Shown here: piece after piece, positions 10,883-21,478 of the stretch
Layout: each line of letters opens with the position of its first letter
How positions within the stretch are numbered: position 1 is the first letter of the stretch
From: Nitrospirota bacterium
Lineage (GTDB): Bacteria; Nitrospirota; UBA9217
Reading direction: 5' to 3'
DNA: 64,000 nt
NCBI GenBank assembly: GCA_963840455.1
Contig: CAWIYV010000007.1
Coordinates: forward strand, 352,001 to 416,000
Position numbers and translations under genes: made by a program
Notes under the pieces: model-generated
Seen by the model: only the letters and a program-made list of their open reading frames with translations
Databases searched by the model: none
Told to the model about the DNA's origin: nothing

Positions 10883-11866
10883 ATGCAAAATAATCTCGAA
10901 AGCACTAATTCCATAGACGTCGTAATCCCCGTTTATAACGGCCAAGATTACATACTCCAGGCACTGCATTCAATTGAACAACAAACGTATGCACCCAGTA
11001 AGATTATTGTCGTTGATGATGGGTCAACAGACAAGACACCCGATATTGTTACGGGATATCGAAGTAAACTACCGATTGAATATATAAGAAAAATCAATGG
11101 TGGATTGAGCTCAGCGCGTAACGCAGGAATCGCGCATAGCACAAGTAAATATATCGCTTTTCTGGACGCCGATGATGAATGGATGCCAAATAAATTAACG
11201 AAACAACTCAACGTTTTCATAAATACAAATTATGAGAATCTTGGCGCCGTTTATTCGAAATACCGTATTATCGATTCAAATGGCGAACTCACTCATAAAC
11301 ACTATGTATTCGAACCTGATCCATCAATCCGTGGGAACATTTATGCCAGGCTTTTCGAGGCGAACAAGATTGCAGGCAGCGGTAGCGGTGTTCTCGTGAG
11401 AAGAGACTGTTTTGATGACGTTGGCTTGTTTGACGAAACGCTTCATGCCTGTGAGGATTGGGATATGTGGCTCAGATTGGCAAGCCGATATGAATTCGAT
11501 TTTGTTCCTGAAGTACTAGTCAAAATCAGAAGACATCATGAAAACATGCAACGGGATACATCGATGATGTTCCGGAACCAGCTTCAGTTTTATAATAAAT
11601 GGCTTCCACTTGCGGCCCATCATTCTGATTGCTTGTCAGCTTTGCGTCTTAATATTGCTTCCTATCTGATCTCCTATTTGCCAAGGATAAATAAAATTTC
11701 CCTGGCCATTGACCTATTATCAGAAACGTCACGGGAACTGTTGTGGATGAAATACGATCAGTCTCCATACCTATTTCTCCTCAGCATGCTTCCCGAAGTA
11801 GCGCTAAAATTATTTAAAAAGCATATGCAGAGCACAAGACGACTACTCAAGCACATCGCATTATAA
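10883..11866 (+). CDS. GT2 family glycosyltransferase
   Basis: VVIPVYN, VDDGSTD, ARNAG, FLDADD, EDWDMW. Confidence 0.9.
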   Translation: MQNNLESTNSIDVVIPVYNGQDYILQALHSIEQQTYAPSKIIVVDDGSTDKTPDIVTGYRSKLPIEYIRKINGGLSSARNAGIAHSTSKYIAFLDADDEWMPNKLTKQLNVFINTNYENLGAVYSKYRIIDSNGELTHKHYVFEPDPSIRGNIYARLFEANKIAGSGSGVLVRRDCFDDVGLFDETLHACEDWDMWLRLASRYEFDFVPEVLVKIRRHHENMQRDTSMMFRNQLQFYNKWLPLAAHHSDCLSALRLNIASYLISYLPRINKISLAIDLLSETSRELLWMKYDQSPYLFLLSMLPEVALKLFKKHMQSTRRLLKHIAL

Positions 11867-12105
11867 TAAGAACAGGACACGGTGAAAGCTCACGTACGTT
11901 CTTGATCTTTATACCGGTTTTCCTGAATATCTGAACGACAAGAATTTCAATTCACTGTTCAAGAACCGGCGTGATCTGCTCTCAATGATGGCAGTCTGCT
12001 TTTTCTGCTATCATGCCTTCATGTCGTTTATCCATGCTGTTCCAAATCCCATAAGGTTGGAACAGACCGGGGAGTATTCCGGACGAAGGGGCGCAAAACG
12101 ATAAA

Positions 12106-12988
12106 ATGATTATTACGCGACTCATGGGCGGAATCGGAAATCAGATGTTCCAGTATGCCGTGGGACGGAGACTTGCCCATTTCCACAGAACAGAGCTGAA
12201 GCTCGATCTGAGCTGGTTCGATGCTGTTGCAGCAATCAAAACCGTTCGAAAATATGAACTGCCTGTATTCAATATTCAAGCTCAAGTTGCTTCAAATGGA
12301 GAGACTGCAAGATATCGGAGAACTCGTTTGTTAAAAAGATTCGAACAGTTGCTGCCGATATCGCTTGCTTCCCGCGATAAGCGCTACATTTCCGAAAAAC
12401 ATTACCATTTTGATCCGGGGATACTGATATTGCCCGATAATATTTACCTTGATGGATACTGGCAAAGTCCAAGATATTTTGATGATATCAAAGACATTAT
12501 CCGTGATGAATTCACCATCAGAACTGAACCGGACGCCGAAAACCATCTGATCGCCGAAGAAATTATGCGCACCGAATCGGTCTCCATACACGTCCGGCGA
12601 GGAGACTACATATCAGACTCAACGACCAACAGCATCCACGGAGTCTGTTCACTGGAGTATTACCGGTCCGCAGTGAAGATGATGGAACAAAAGGTTAAGC
12701 GGCCATTTTATTTCGTCTTTTCGGATGATCCGCGCTGGGCCGAGGACAATCTTGCATCTGTTTGTCCGGCAACCTTTGTCAGCCATCATATGCCAGATAA
12801 GCCCTACGAGGATATGCGTCTTATGACCCTATGCAAACACCATATTATCGCCAACAGTTCTTTCAGCTGGTGGGGCGCCTGGCTTTCTCTCAATACCGAT
12901 AAGGTTGTTATAGCACCAACTCACTGGTTTAGAGATGAGACAGCTGAGCACCCGTGATCTAATTCCTCGACAATGGATACAGCTATAG
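12106..12988 (+). CDS. Alpha-1,2-fucosyltransferase (GT11), with a +1 frameshift near the 3' end
   Basis: GGIGNQMFQYA, HVRRGDY, NSSFSWWGAWL. The conserved C-terminus DLIPRQWIQL* is in the +1 frame ending at 12988; the annotated frame stops at 12957. Confidence 0.85.
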
Positions 12989-13031
12989 AGGGAAGAGCAG
13001 AACACGAACATTCTAAAAATGCGATGAAGCG

Positions 13032-13948
13032 ATGACCCGACTACGCAAAGAACGATTCATAAACAGAACAGAAACATTTTCCTGTTATTCGTGCAAGGCA
13101 ACGGTGAATACTGCTCATTACGTTTATTATGATAACGGTAAAGAGAGCAGAATCTATCGATGTCCTATCTGTGGTTTCATGTTTGCCTGGCCACTCTTGC
13201 TGGACCTATCTTCCAGACAGATGGACTCAGTCGGAGACGCTGAATTATTTCATAGTTCGATATTGAAAAAGCTGCATGAACATCTCATCGTCAATAAAGA
13301 GATAAATATTGTAAAAAATCTTTTACGAACGGACACGTTCACGGTATTGGATATCGGATGTGGCACTGGATGGATAAGCTCTCTCTGGAAAGGTGCCGGA
13401 GCGGATGTGGTAGGGCTTGAACCATCGATTGCAAGAGGCGAATACGCGCGAGAAACATACGGGATTAAGAGTTATTCCGGCATATATAGAGGAGCTGCAT
13501 TCTCCGGATAGGTATGATGTAATCATCATGAGACATGTTTTAGAGCATTTTTCGGACCCTTTTCATGTCCTGGAAAAGGCCCTTGAGAACCTCAAGAAAT
13601 AATGGTTTGTTGGTTGTCATCGTGCCCAACATCGATTGCATCGGGAGGTACCTGTTCGAGTCAAAATGGACCTGGGTGCTTCCGTCGCATTGTAATTTTT
13701 TTAATCCTCAGTCATTGCGCCATATAGCGTTGCGGGCAGGATTAGACCCTGTGAAATTGTACCAGACCCCGTCGCCCCTGTGGTATCCCGAGAGCTTTTT
13801 GCGTCTTTTTCCGGGAGCTGAACGGCTACGGTCGAGTCTCTATAGCAAATTGACTCTCCTATCGTTGATTCCCTTCACGCCCATCGTGATGATCGGGTAT
13901 TTGACAGGCGTGAGCGAAAATCTCACGCTTATAGCTCGGAGGAGATGA
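13032..13948 (+). pseudogene. Class I SAM methyltransferase with N-terminal CxxC...CxxC, split by two +1 frameshifts (or sequencing errors)
   Basis: Three consecutive ORFs carry successive motifs: LDIGCGTG / YDVIIMRHVLEH / GLLVVIVPN..H.NFF. Confidence 0.75.
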
Positions 13949-14012
13949 ACTTCCGAACTCCCTCGTCTTTGGCATGGATGTTGTTAAGGTAAATCAATCA
14001 TGGGCAGGCACG

Positions 14013-15103
14013 TTGAATAAAATTCACGGTGATAAAAAAAATTGACTCACTGCTTGGGCCTCTCATCGCTCCTGTGGTCGAAAGGTTATTTCCCCCCAAG
14101 GACGGAACCGGCGAAAGATATTAGCGCTGTTCTTATCATCCGTCCCGGTGGCATCGGCGACGCGGTGCTGCTTATCCCTACTATCGCTCTCTTGAAGAAG
14201 AAATATCCGTATGCGGTCATTGAGGTCCTTACCGAAAAGAGAAACAGCGGAGTCTTTGCATTAAGCCCCGATGTGAGCTCCGTTTTTCACTATGATGCTC
14301 CTGCGGAATTTCTGGCCACCGTGCAGACGGACCTATGATGTCGTCATCGATTCTGAACAATGGCACCGTCTCTCCGCCATAGTTGCCAGGCTGATCCGGA
14401 CACCGATGACGATCGGGTTTGCAACCAATGAACGTAAAAAAATGTTTACCCATCCTGTGCCTATTCACATGACGAATATGAGATGCACAGTTTCATGAAT
14501 CTCCTTTTCCCGCTTATCGGTACCATCACGAGGGATATTGACATTCCCTTTCTCACGATACCCCCGGATATGACCGACAAAGTTAAACCTCTTTTGAAGC
14601 CCGTTATGAGCAATAAAATAGTTGCTCTGTTTCCCGGTGGGAGCATTCAGGAGCGTCAGTGGGGGAGCGGCCATTTCCATCGAACTGCAAAACTGCTAAG
14701 CCACGAGGGCTACGGCATCGTGGTGGTAGGTGGGAATGATGATGTCCGGGCGGGAAAGGAAATAGTATCCGGTCTGTCCAATGCCCTGAACCTTTGCGGC
14801 AAGCTATCACTGCCTGAAACCGCAGCCATTTTAAAGGAATCGGCTCTGCTCATTGCCGGTGACTCGGGCATCATGCATGTGGGATATGGCTTGGGGATAA
14901 AGATTGTTGCGTTGTTCGGTCCGGGGAGGGAAAAGAAATGGACGCCTCGCGGGAAGAACATCAGAGTAATCAATAAGCATCTGCCCTGCAGCCCTTGCAC
15001 GACATATGGCTACACTCCGAAATGCGAAAAGAAAGCTGCATGCATGAGCGCCATTACCGTCGACGAAGTCATCAGCAACTCATTGGCATTACTCGACGGA
15101 TAG
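14013..15103 (+). pseudogene. GT9 (heptosyltransferase-like) glycosyltransferase interrupted by 3-4 frameshifts (or sequencing errors)
   Basis: IKKIDSLLG / IRPGGIGDAVL / YDVVIDSEQWH / DSGIMH..LFGP..CSPC lie in successive frames. Confidence 0.78.
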
Positions 15104-15496
15104 GCAGGGTTAACGGTTACCCTGCATTTGGCTGTCCCCGCTATTTCTTTCTCATCGCTCCGTGCCAGATGTCAGATTGATCAACCACTCGATGTTTTTC
15201 GAAGCTATTCATTCTCTTTTTATCGTATAGGATTCAGGCTGGCATCGGGAGAAATATCATAGATTCTGTTTTAGCTTGACAGGACCTATTTTGGCCTTGA
15301 TTCACACGCTTCTTTGCGTTAATCTTGCTCCATCGATGATTCATGGGGATTTCTTGAATCATGAAAAGTTTTCGCAAGAGAACCGCATTATCCCGGTAAA
15401 ACCCATACGGTTTAGTTCCGGGATGCAGAGTAAGGATTGCCATGGTCGAACGACCGATCACCTGGGCACAGCGGTAAAAGGGACAGGATATTCAGC

Positions 15497-16546
15497 ATGG
15501 AAGTGACCGTACTCATACCTGCCTATAATCCCGACCCGTCGTTACTGTCGCTTGTCGGGTCTTTAATTCGTCTTGGTTTTAAAAGCATCGTCATTGTAAA
15601 TGACGGAAGCAAGCCGGAATATAACTATATTTTTAATAAACTGGAAGCGATGGTTGAATGTCACGTGCTTCATCATGCCGTAAATCTTGGCAAAGGCAGA
15701 GCACTGAAAACCGGATTTAATTATATCTATCTCAATTTCACGGATGTCTTTGGCGTAGTAACTGCCGATGCTGACGGCCAGCATCTGCCTGGTGACGTTT
15801 TTAAAGTCGCGCAAACATTCCTGAGCAAACCTGACACACTGGTAATAGGGTCCAGAAAATTCAGAAAGGACATGCCCTTCAGAAGTTATATCGGCAATGT
15901 TACAACCAAGCATGTTTTTCGTCTGCTGATGGGCAAAAAGGTTGCTGACCCACAGTCCGGACTGCGATGTATCCCTCGAAAAACACTTCCCGCATTCATG
16001 CGATTGTCAGGGGAAGGGTACGAATACGAAATGAACATGCTGATGTCAGCGAAACAATCCAAAGTGGCCATTTTGGAGGAACCGATCACCACGGTTTACA
16101 TAGATGACAACAGGTCATCTCATTTCAACCCCTTGATAGATTCAATGAAGATCTATTTCCTGCTACTGAGATATTCTCTTTCTTCGCTCCTGGCAAGCCT
16201 GCTTGATTTTGTCGTGTTCATGATAAGCTATGCAGTAACCTCGAATGTACTGGTTAGTATTTTCGTCGGCAGATTTACGATTGGCCTCTTCGTCAATTTT
16301 GTCGTCAACAAAAACTTTGTTTTTCATCATAGAGGCAATACAGTTGCCCCACTGGTCAAATATTACCTTTTTGCCACGATTATGGGGATCGTGGCTTCCG
16401 TGTTGATCCAAAGAGTCGCCGATAAATTCTTGATCAGCGTAATTCTGTCTAAAGTGCTCGTTGAATCATTCTTGTTTTTTGTAAGTTTTGTAATACAGAG
16501 AGACTATATCTTTACAAACAAAGGACTTGAAGAGCTTCAGGAGTGA
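15497..16546 (+). CDS. Bifunctional GT2 (polyprenol-phosphate glycosyltransferase)/GtrA flippase fusion
   Basis: IPAYNP, NDGS, NLGKGRAL, DADGQH, QSGLR, SHFNP, then four hydrophobic helices of GtrA type. Confidence 0.85.
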   Translation: MEVTVLIPAYNPDPSLLSLVGSLIRLGFKSIVIVNDGSKPEYNYIFNKLEAMVECHVLHHAVNLGKGRALKTGFNYIYLNFTDVFGVVTADADGQHLPGDVFKVAQTFLSKPDTLVIGSRKFRKDMPFRSYIGNVTTKHVFRLLMGKKVADPQSGLRCIPRKTLPAFMRLSGEGYEYEMNMLMSAKQSKVAILEEPITTVYIDDNRSSHFNPLIDSMKIYFLLLRYSLSSLLASLLDFVVFMISYAVTSNVLVSIFVGRFTIGLFVNFVVNKNFVFHHRGNTVAPLVKYYLFATIMGIVASVLIQRVADKFLISVILSKVLVESFLFFVSFVIQRDYIFTNKGLEELQE

Positions 16547-16552
16547 CAGAGC

Positions 16553-17206
16553 ATGTTTATTGAAATTCCACCGGACATTCTTCAGTCCATCGCAACGAAC
16601 AGCGACCGAATGCCCAAGCTGTATTATCACCCTCGTAAAGTGGCAAGAGAATTTTTCTGGCTACGGCTGAGAACTCTTCACCATCTGATAGAAAAGCATG
16701 TGAAGAACCGTACCCGGTGTTTGGACTTTGGATGTGGCAGCGGCGTATTCCTTCCGACATTGTCGACGTTATTTACTGCCGTCAACGGGATTGACATCGA
16801 GATGGTTGAGGCGCCTAAAATAATTGACTACTATCATCTTGCCAATGTTGATCTGATAACCGCCGATATAAATCAGATTTATCTCGAGAAGCGTTTTGAT
16901 GCCATCATTGCGGCAGATGTCCTGGAGCATTTTAATCGCATCGAGCATCCGGTGTCGCAAATATTTAACTGGCTGAAAGAGGACGGTTTGCTATTTACTT
17001 CTTTACCCACAGAAAATATTTTTACGAAATTGACGAGAATAGCCGGAAAATACGAGAAACCATGGGATCACTATCACCGTGGAGAGGACGTTGAAGAATA
17101 TTTATCGCAGAACGGTTTCCGCAAGATAGCGAGTACCAGGATCGTTGCGGTGTTCCCCTTATATCTTATCAGCGTGTGGGGGAAAATACGTACAAATGCA
17201 GAATAA
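16553..17206 (+). CDS. Class I SAM-dependent methyltransferase
   Basis: LDFGCGSG, FDAIIAADVLEH, LKEDG. Confidence 0.85.
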   Translation: MFIEIPPDILQSIATNSDRMPKLYYHPRKVAREFFWLRLRTLHHLIEKHVKNRTRCLDFGCGSGVFLPTLSTLFTAVNGIDIEMVEAPKIIDYYHLANVDLITADINQIYLEKRFDAIIAADVLEHFNRIEHPVSQIFNWLKEDGLLFTSLPTENIFTKLTRIAGKYEKPWDHYHRGEDVEEYLSQNGFRKIASTRIVAVFPLYLISVWGKIRTNAE

Positions 17207-17480
17207 TGTAATTAGACCGGCTCCTGTAATCCTCTTAAGGGAATCCTTTTTCTCTCGAGCAGGAGGAAACAATTCCCCGTGCTGGTCACCGATCGCGGGA
17301 AGGGGAGAATAAGGCTTATGGGCAGCTCCTGGATAAGAGGTTTGTTATGATAATGATCCTGCAATATCAATATGCATTGACGGCATGGCGATGTCATGTC
17401 CGAAAAACAGACAAGTCATTTGCATCATCCATAGTTCGAAAGAGCAAATAGCTTCTTGGCAGCGAATACAGAGAGGCCAC

Positions 17481-19328
17481 ATGTTTCTCCTTCTTCTCCT
17501 TTCATTTCTGCAGATAACACTCATTCCCGGTCTCATCACATTGAAATTATTAAAATTCAGAGGGAATTTTATTGCCGGTGTAACTTTTTCATTTTCCTTG
17601 AGCTTAATCATTAATTACCTCGTTGTTTTTATTCTTGTTGCTTTAAAAATCTACTATAGAAACATTGTATTCGGGCTACTCTTCCTGGAATTTGCCTTAC
17701 TTGTTTCTTTATTCAAAACGACTAGCTGGTCGCTGTCATTGCCTGATCTCCTTAGAAAAGCATCATCTACCATTTCTCATTATAGTATTATGCTCGATGC
17801 ATACGCGGCCGATAAGGACACGAATAAGAAAACAGTAGTTCATGCTGTTAAACTCATTTTCCCGATCTTGGCCCTGTACATCATTGTTCTTGCCGCGAAA
17901 ATATTCACTCAAAATATAGGCACGATCTTTTTTGATAATGATGCCGTAGGAGCATATAACGTATGGGCTGTTAGATTATCGAACAATATACTGCCTTCGA
18001 CGTCGTATTATCCGTTTATGCTCCCTGCTAATTGGTCAATCGCCTATACCATACAAGGCCTGCCACTTCAATTTGCTCCCAAAGCCATGATGCCCCTATT
18101 TTTTGTATTTATCTTATTAATGCTGTTGGATCTGGGGAGGATCTTAAAAAAATCAGGGTTCTTTATAAGTGTCATATGTACGTTCCTTATACTGGAATAT
18201 TTTTTTCATTTTTATATTCCTGAAGGATCAATGGATATAGCAGTTTCATATTTTTCATTCTTGCCGATCTACTGCTTGCTTTTATCCAATAACGCCGATG
18301 ACGGCGAAATCGCGATCCAGTATGCACTTTTCGGCGCACTATTTGCTGCAGGCGCAGCGGTCACCAAACAATCAGGCCTTTTTATTCTTATCGTGTATCC
18401 TTTTTTGTATTACGCTATCACATACAGGAAAGAGAACAATAAAAGAATAAATTCTACACGCATTCTGTTGTTCTATTTTATCTGCGTCCTTGTTCTCGTT
18501 ATCCCATTTTATCTTTACCGGCATATTACCATATTGGCAGGAACGGATCGTTCCTATGTATCGTTTCTGGTTGGCGGTATGCATAATGGAAGAAGCATTG
18601 AGGAAAGATTTTATTACGCCATCAGTTTGATTAGCAATAAATTAACTCTTGTACTCTTTATCTGCTCGTTACTATCCTTGACTGACAGGACCCTTCGTTG
18701 GATTTATATCTTGGTATTTATTCCTTATACAATTATATGGATGGGTTTATTTTCTTATGATATTCGAAACTGGGCTATTGGTTTTACCATGCTTGGGGTA
18801 GCCGCTGGAAACGGTCTTGGCATGATGATTGACTATCTCATTGAGAGAATCTATTATCCTTTGTCGGTAATTCCTGTTCGTGTCTTCATTTACTGCTTTC
18901 TTATCTTCACAATTCCCACTCTTCTGTATCAGGTCACCATTACCGCAGATCAGATAAGACACAAACATACTGAACAAGAAAAAAGAATTGTTAATCCAGA
19001 ACTGAACAGGCAATTATATGAATACAAGGACAAACACGGAATAGATAAAAAGATATATACTATTTATAACTATATTCGCCTGCTCCCAGGTTTTGAAAAT
19101 CTTTTTTCTGCAGCATCGCTGAATTTTACCGGTTCTGAAGAAGAATATATAAAATATATCAATGCGGTAAAAAGCAAAGAGATTGGATATATTTTATTTT
19201 TGTCCATGAAAAACATTAAACGTGCAGAAAATATATATAACGACATAACAACTAAAATTGACGATGGGCAATACACGGTAATATTTCAAAATGAAGGATA
19301 TATATTTATTAAAATAGAAGGCAGATAA
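17481..19328 (+). CDS. Polytopic membrane protein, putative GT-C fold glycosyltransferase
   Basis: About 12 hydrophobic segments, loop DA...YP motif, TKQSG, soluble C-terminal tail; very AT-rich; GAGAGG RBS. Confidence 0.6.
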   Translation: MFLLLLLSFLQITLIPGLITLKLLKFRGNFIAGVTFSFSLSLIINYLVVFILVALKIYYRNIVFGLLFLEFALLVSLFKTTSWSLSLPDLLRKASSTISHYSIMLDAYAADKDTNKKTVVHAVKLIFPILALYIIVLAAKIFTQNIGTIFFDNDAVGAYNVWAVRLSNNILPSTSYYPFMLPANWSIAYTIQGLPLQFAPKAMMPLFFVFILLMLLDLGRILKKSGFFISVICTFLILEYFFHFYIPEGSMDIAVSYFSFLPIYCLLLSNNADDGEIAIQYALFGALFAAGAAVTKQSGLFILIVYPFLYYAITYRKENNKRINSTRILLFYFICVLVLVIPFYLYRHITILAGTDRSYVSFLVGGMHNGRSIEERFYYAISLISNKLTLVLFICSLLSLTDRTLRWIYILVFIPYTIIWMGLFSYDIRNWAIGFTMLGVAAGNGLGMMIDYLIERIYYPLSVIPVRVFIYCFLIFTIPTLLYQVTITADQIRHKHTEQEKRIVNPELNRQLYEYKDKHGIDKKIYTIYNYIRLLPGFENLFSAASLNFTGSEEEYIKYINAVKSKEIGYILFLSMKNIKRAENIYNDITTKIDDGQYTVIFQNEGYIFIKIEGR

Positions 19329-19421
19329 GTTCTTCCCCTCTGAATGAGGGCGCCTCATGCGCATGCCTCGGATAGGGAAATTTGAAATTGTAACTTCTTG
19401 GCTTGGTTCTCCCACAGATAA

Positions 19422-19559
19422 AAGAACATTATGCGATGCAGTCCCTTCACAACCTTTGGCTACACCCCGACATGTAAGAATATCGCAGAATGCATGAAGC
19501 TTATAACCACTGAGGAAGTATACGCACAAGCAATGAACCTTCTGGAATGTACGTCGTAG
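19422..19559 (+). pseudogene. Remnant C-terminus of a second GT9 gene
   Basis: Translates as KNIMRCSPFTTFGYTPTCKNIAECMKLITTEEVYAQAMNLLE, versus NKHLPCSPCTTYGYTPKCEKKAACMSAITVDEVISNSLALLD in the GT9 ending at 15103. Confidence 0.75.
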
Positions 19560-19570
19560 CCTCCACGCAG

Positions 19571-20032
19571 TTACTTAACCTGCCGCTTCTGCTCCTGCCT
19601 CACGTCCAGCTGCTTCAGCTGTTCGATGTTTTTATTGAGCCGATCATTGTCCTTTTTCGTGTCCAGCAGCACTCTGAGGGCCTGGCGCCAGCTCCGCGCC
19701 TCCGGCATGCGTTCGTCCTGCGGATACTGGGCAAGGAACTCGTCGAATTCCGCGACGGCGACGGCGTAGTCTTTCTGGGGGTTGTTTGCGGACACCCAGG
19801 TCATTGCAATGCCGTATTTCGCCGTTGCAGCCCATTCCGTGTTCGGATGCTCCCGTATGACCTTCCGGAACTCGGCGATCGCTTGGGCATAGTTGCTCTC
19901 CCGCATCAGTTTCTGCGCTTCCGCCACCTTGGCCGATGCGGCCCCGTCACCTTTCTGCGACGAGAATGTGGCGCAGCCGGTCCCGGTTACGAGCATCAGC
20001 AAAAGCACGATGGCAAGGATGATGCGATTCAT
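19571..20032 (-). CDS. TPR (BamD/YfiO-like) lipoprotein with C-terminal coiled coil
   Basis: Signal peptide ending GTGC; TPR-like AIAEFRKVIREHP and AEFDEFLAQYP; coiled-coil tail. Confidence 0.7.
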   Translation of the reverse strand: MNRIILAIVLLLMLVTGTGCATFSSQKGDGAASAKVAEAQKLMRESNYAQAIAEFRKVIREHPNTEWAATAKYGIAMTWVSANNPQKDYAVAVAEFDEFLAQYPQDERMPEARSWRQALRVLLDTKKDNDRLNKNIEQLKQLDVRQEQKRQVK

Positions 20033-21432
20033 TACGACCTCCGCTTGTCGATGACAAAGACGCTTTTAGGGATCGTCTTTGCGTAATCCTTGAGCTCTGC
20101 GGCGATCTCGGAGGTTTGCAGGGGATTGGTAAGCACCCGGCGTTCATTGGTCACGATGGCGATGGAAATGGTCATGAGGGGGAACTTCATCTCCACGCCC
20201 TGCCGGGTCTTGCCGAGGATATGCCCATTCGTCCGGTCCATTTCGTCATAGAACTCGGGAATACGCCCGTCGAACCTGGCAATCACCTCTTCGCAGACGG
20301 CTCGCATGCGATCGGGCACGGTGATCACGACAAAATCGTCGCCACCCACGTGGCCCACGAAATCTTCAGGCGTGCCTTTTTCTGCCACGGCCTGCTCGAT
20401 GATGCGGGCCGTCTCCTTGATCACCTCGCTTCCGTGCGCATAGCCGTAACGGTCGCTGAAGACCTTGAAGTTGTCGAGGTCGAACACGCAGAAGGCCAAT
20501 GGTTGTTTCGATTCGAGCCTCTTTTTCAGAACGTTTTCGATGGCGACGCCCCCGGGGAGACGGGTGAGGGGGCTTGCATCGAGATACATTTCCTCGAGCT
20601 TTCTCAGCCGCTTGCCCATCTCGACGAATGCCGTTGCCAGTGAACCGATCTCGTCCTTGCTCCGGATCTGGGGGTCGTAATCGAAGTTCCCTTCGGCGAT
20701 CTGGCCGGTGGCGACGCTCAGCTCCTTGATGGATGATGAAATATGATGGGTCACGACAACACTGCCCAGGATCCCGAAAATGACGCTCAGGACGGACAGA
20801 AGGGCCATTATCAGGAACGCCAATCTCCCACTGTGACTGATCTGTTTCATCTTTTTGTCACGCGAGGAGGTGGCGTTGTCGGATATGTTTTGGAGCAGTT
20901 CCCTGATCTGTTCGAACAGTTTTTTCATCGGTCCGTTCGAAATTTGCGCGGCGCCGTCGCGGTTCCCGTCCTTCATCAGTTGCACTTCTTCGGTGAACGA
21001 GTCGCTATATTCCTGGTAGAGGCTCGTGAGCTGCCCGAGGGGGAGGTGGCTGCTGTCAGGCAGCTTGTGGAGGCGAGCCAGCCATTCACGGAACTCTTCG
21101 CCGCGTTTCAAGAACAGCGTGCGTCGTTCATTATCGTTGAAGATGAGGAACCGTTTCTCATAGGTGTCCTGGGCCAGGAGCCCCTCCTGCATCTTGTCAG
21201 ACGCCTCCTGGACCGGCACGTCGATGGTGACGATGCTGGCGGTAAGACTGTTGAGGTTCTGGAGGCTGACCAGAGCGTAGACGACCACCACCACCGTGAG
21301 GACAACAAGCACCAGATATCCGAGCAGCATCTTGCTCGCAATGTCCAGCCGTGAAAAGAGCTCCTTCGGGATCAGTTTATCGAGGAGTGATGACGGAATG
21401 AAGTCGGTAAGCTTAGAAAGTCTAAATTTCAC
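20032..21432 (-). CDS. Membrane diguanylate cyclase (periplasmic 4-helix sensor, HAMP, GGDEF)
   Basis: Two TM helices, HAMP (DEIGSLATAF), SPLTRLPG, DLDNFK, GGDDF. GTG start at 21432. Confidence 0.88.
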   Translation of the reverse strand: MKFRLSKLTDFIPSSLLDKLIPKELFSRLDIASKMLLGYLVLVVLTVVVVVYALVSLQNLNSLTASIVTIDVPVQEASDKMQEGLLAQDTYEKRFLIFNDNERRTLFLKRGEEFREWLARLHKLPDSSHLPLGQLTSLYQEYSDSFTEEVQLMKDGNRDGAAQISNGPMKKLFEQIRELLQNISDNATSSRDKKMKQISHSGRLAFLIMALLSVLSVIFGILGSVVVTHHISSSIKELSVATGQIAEGNFDYDPQIRSKDEIGSLATAFVEMGKRLRKLEEMYLDASPLTRLPGGVAIENVLKKRLESKQPLAFCVFDLDNFKVFSDRYGYAHGSEVIKETARIIEQAVAEKGTPEDFVGHVGGDDFVVITVPDRMRAVCEEVIARFDGRIPEFYDEMDRTNGHILGKTRQGVEMKFPLMTISIAIVTNERRVLTNPLQTSEIAAELKDYAKTIPKSVFVIDKRRS

Positions 21433-21438
21433 AGGCAA

Positions 21439-21467
21439 AGGTTAACAAACAATCCTTTGGTTGTCAA
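21439..21467 (-). promoter_or_regulatory. Sigma70 promoter for the diguanylate cyclase (probably leaderless)
   Basis: TTGACA-17-(TG)TAACCT, 6 nt before GTG. Confidence 0.6.
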
Positions 21468-21478
21468 ACAAATCTTGA

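Noticed and set aside
11375-11390. ops/JUMPstart-like GGCAGCGGTAGCGGTG
   Set aside because: It lies inside a CDS encoding GSGSG and is not in a leader region.
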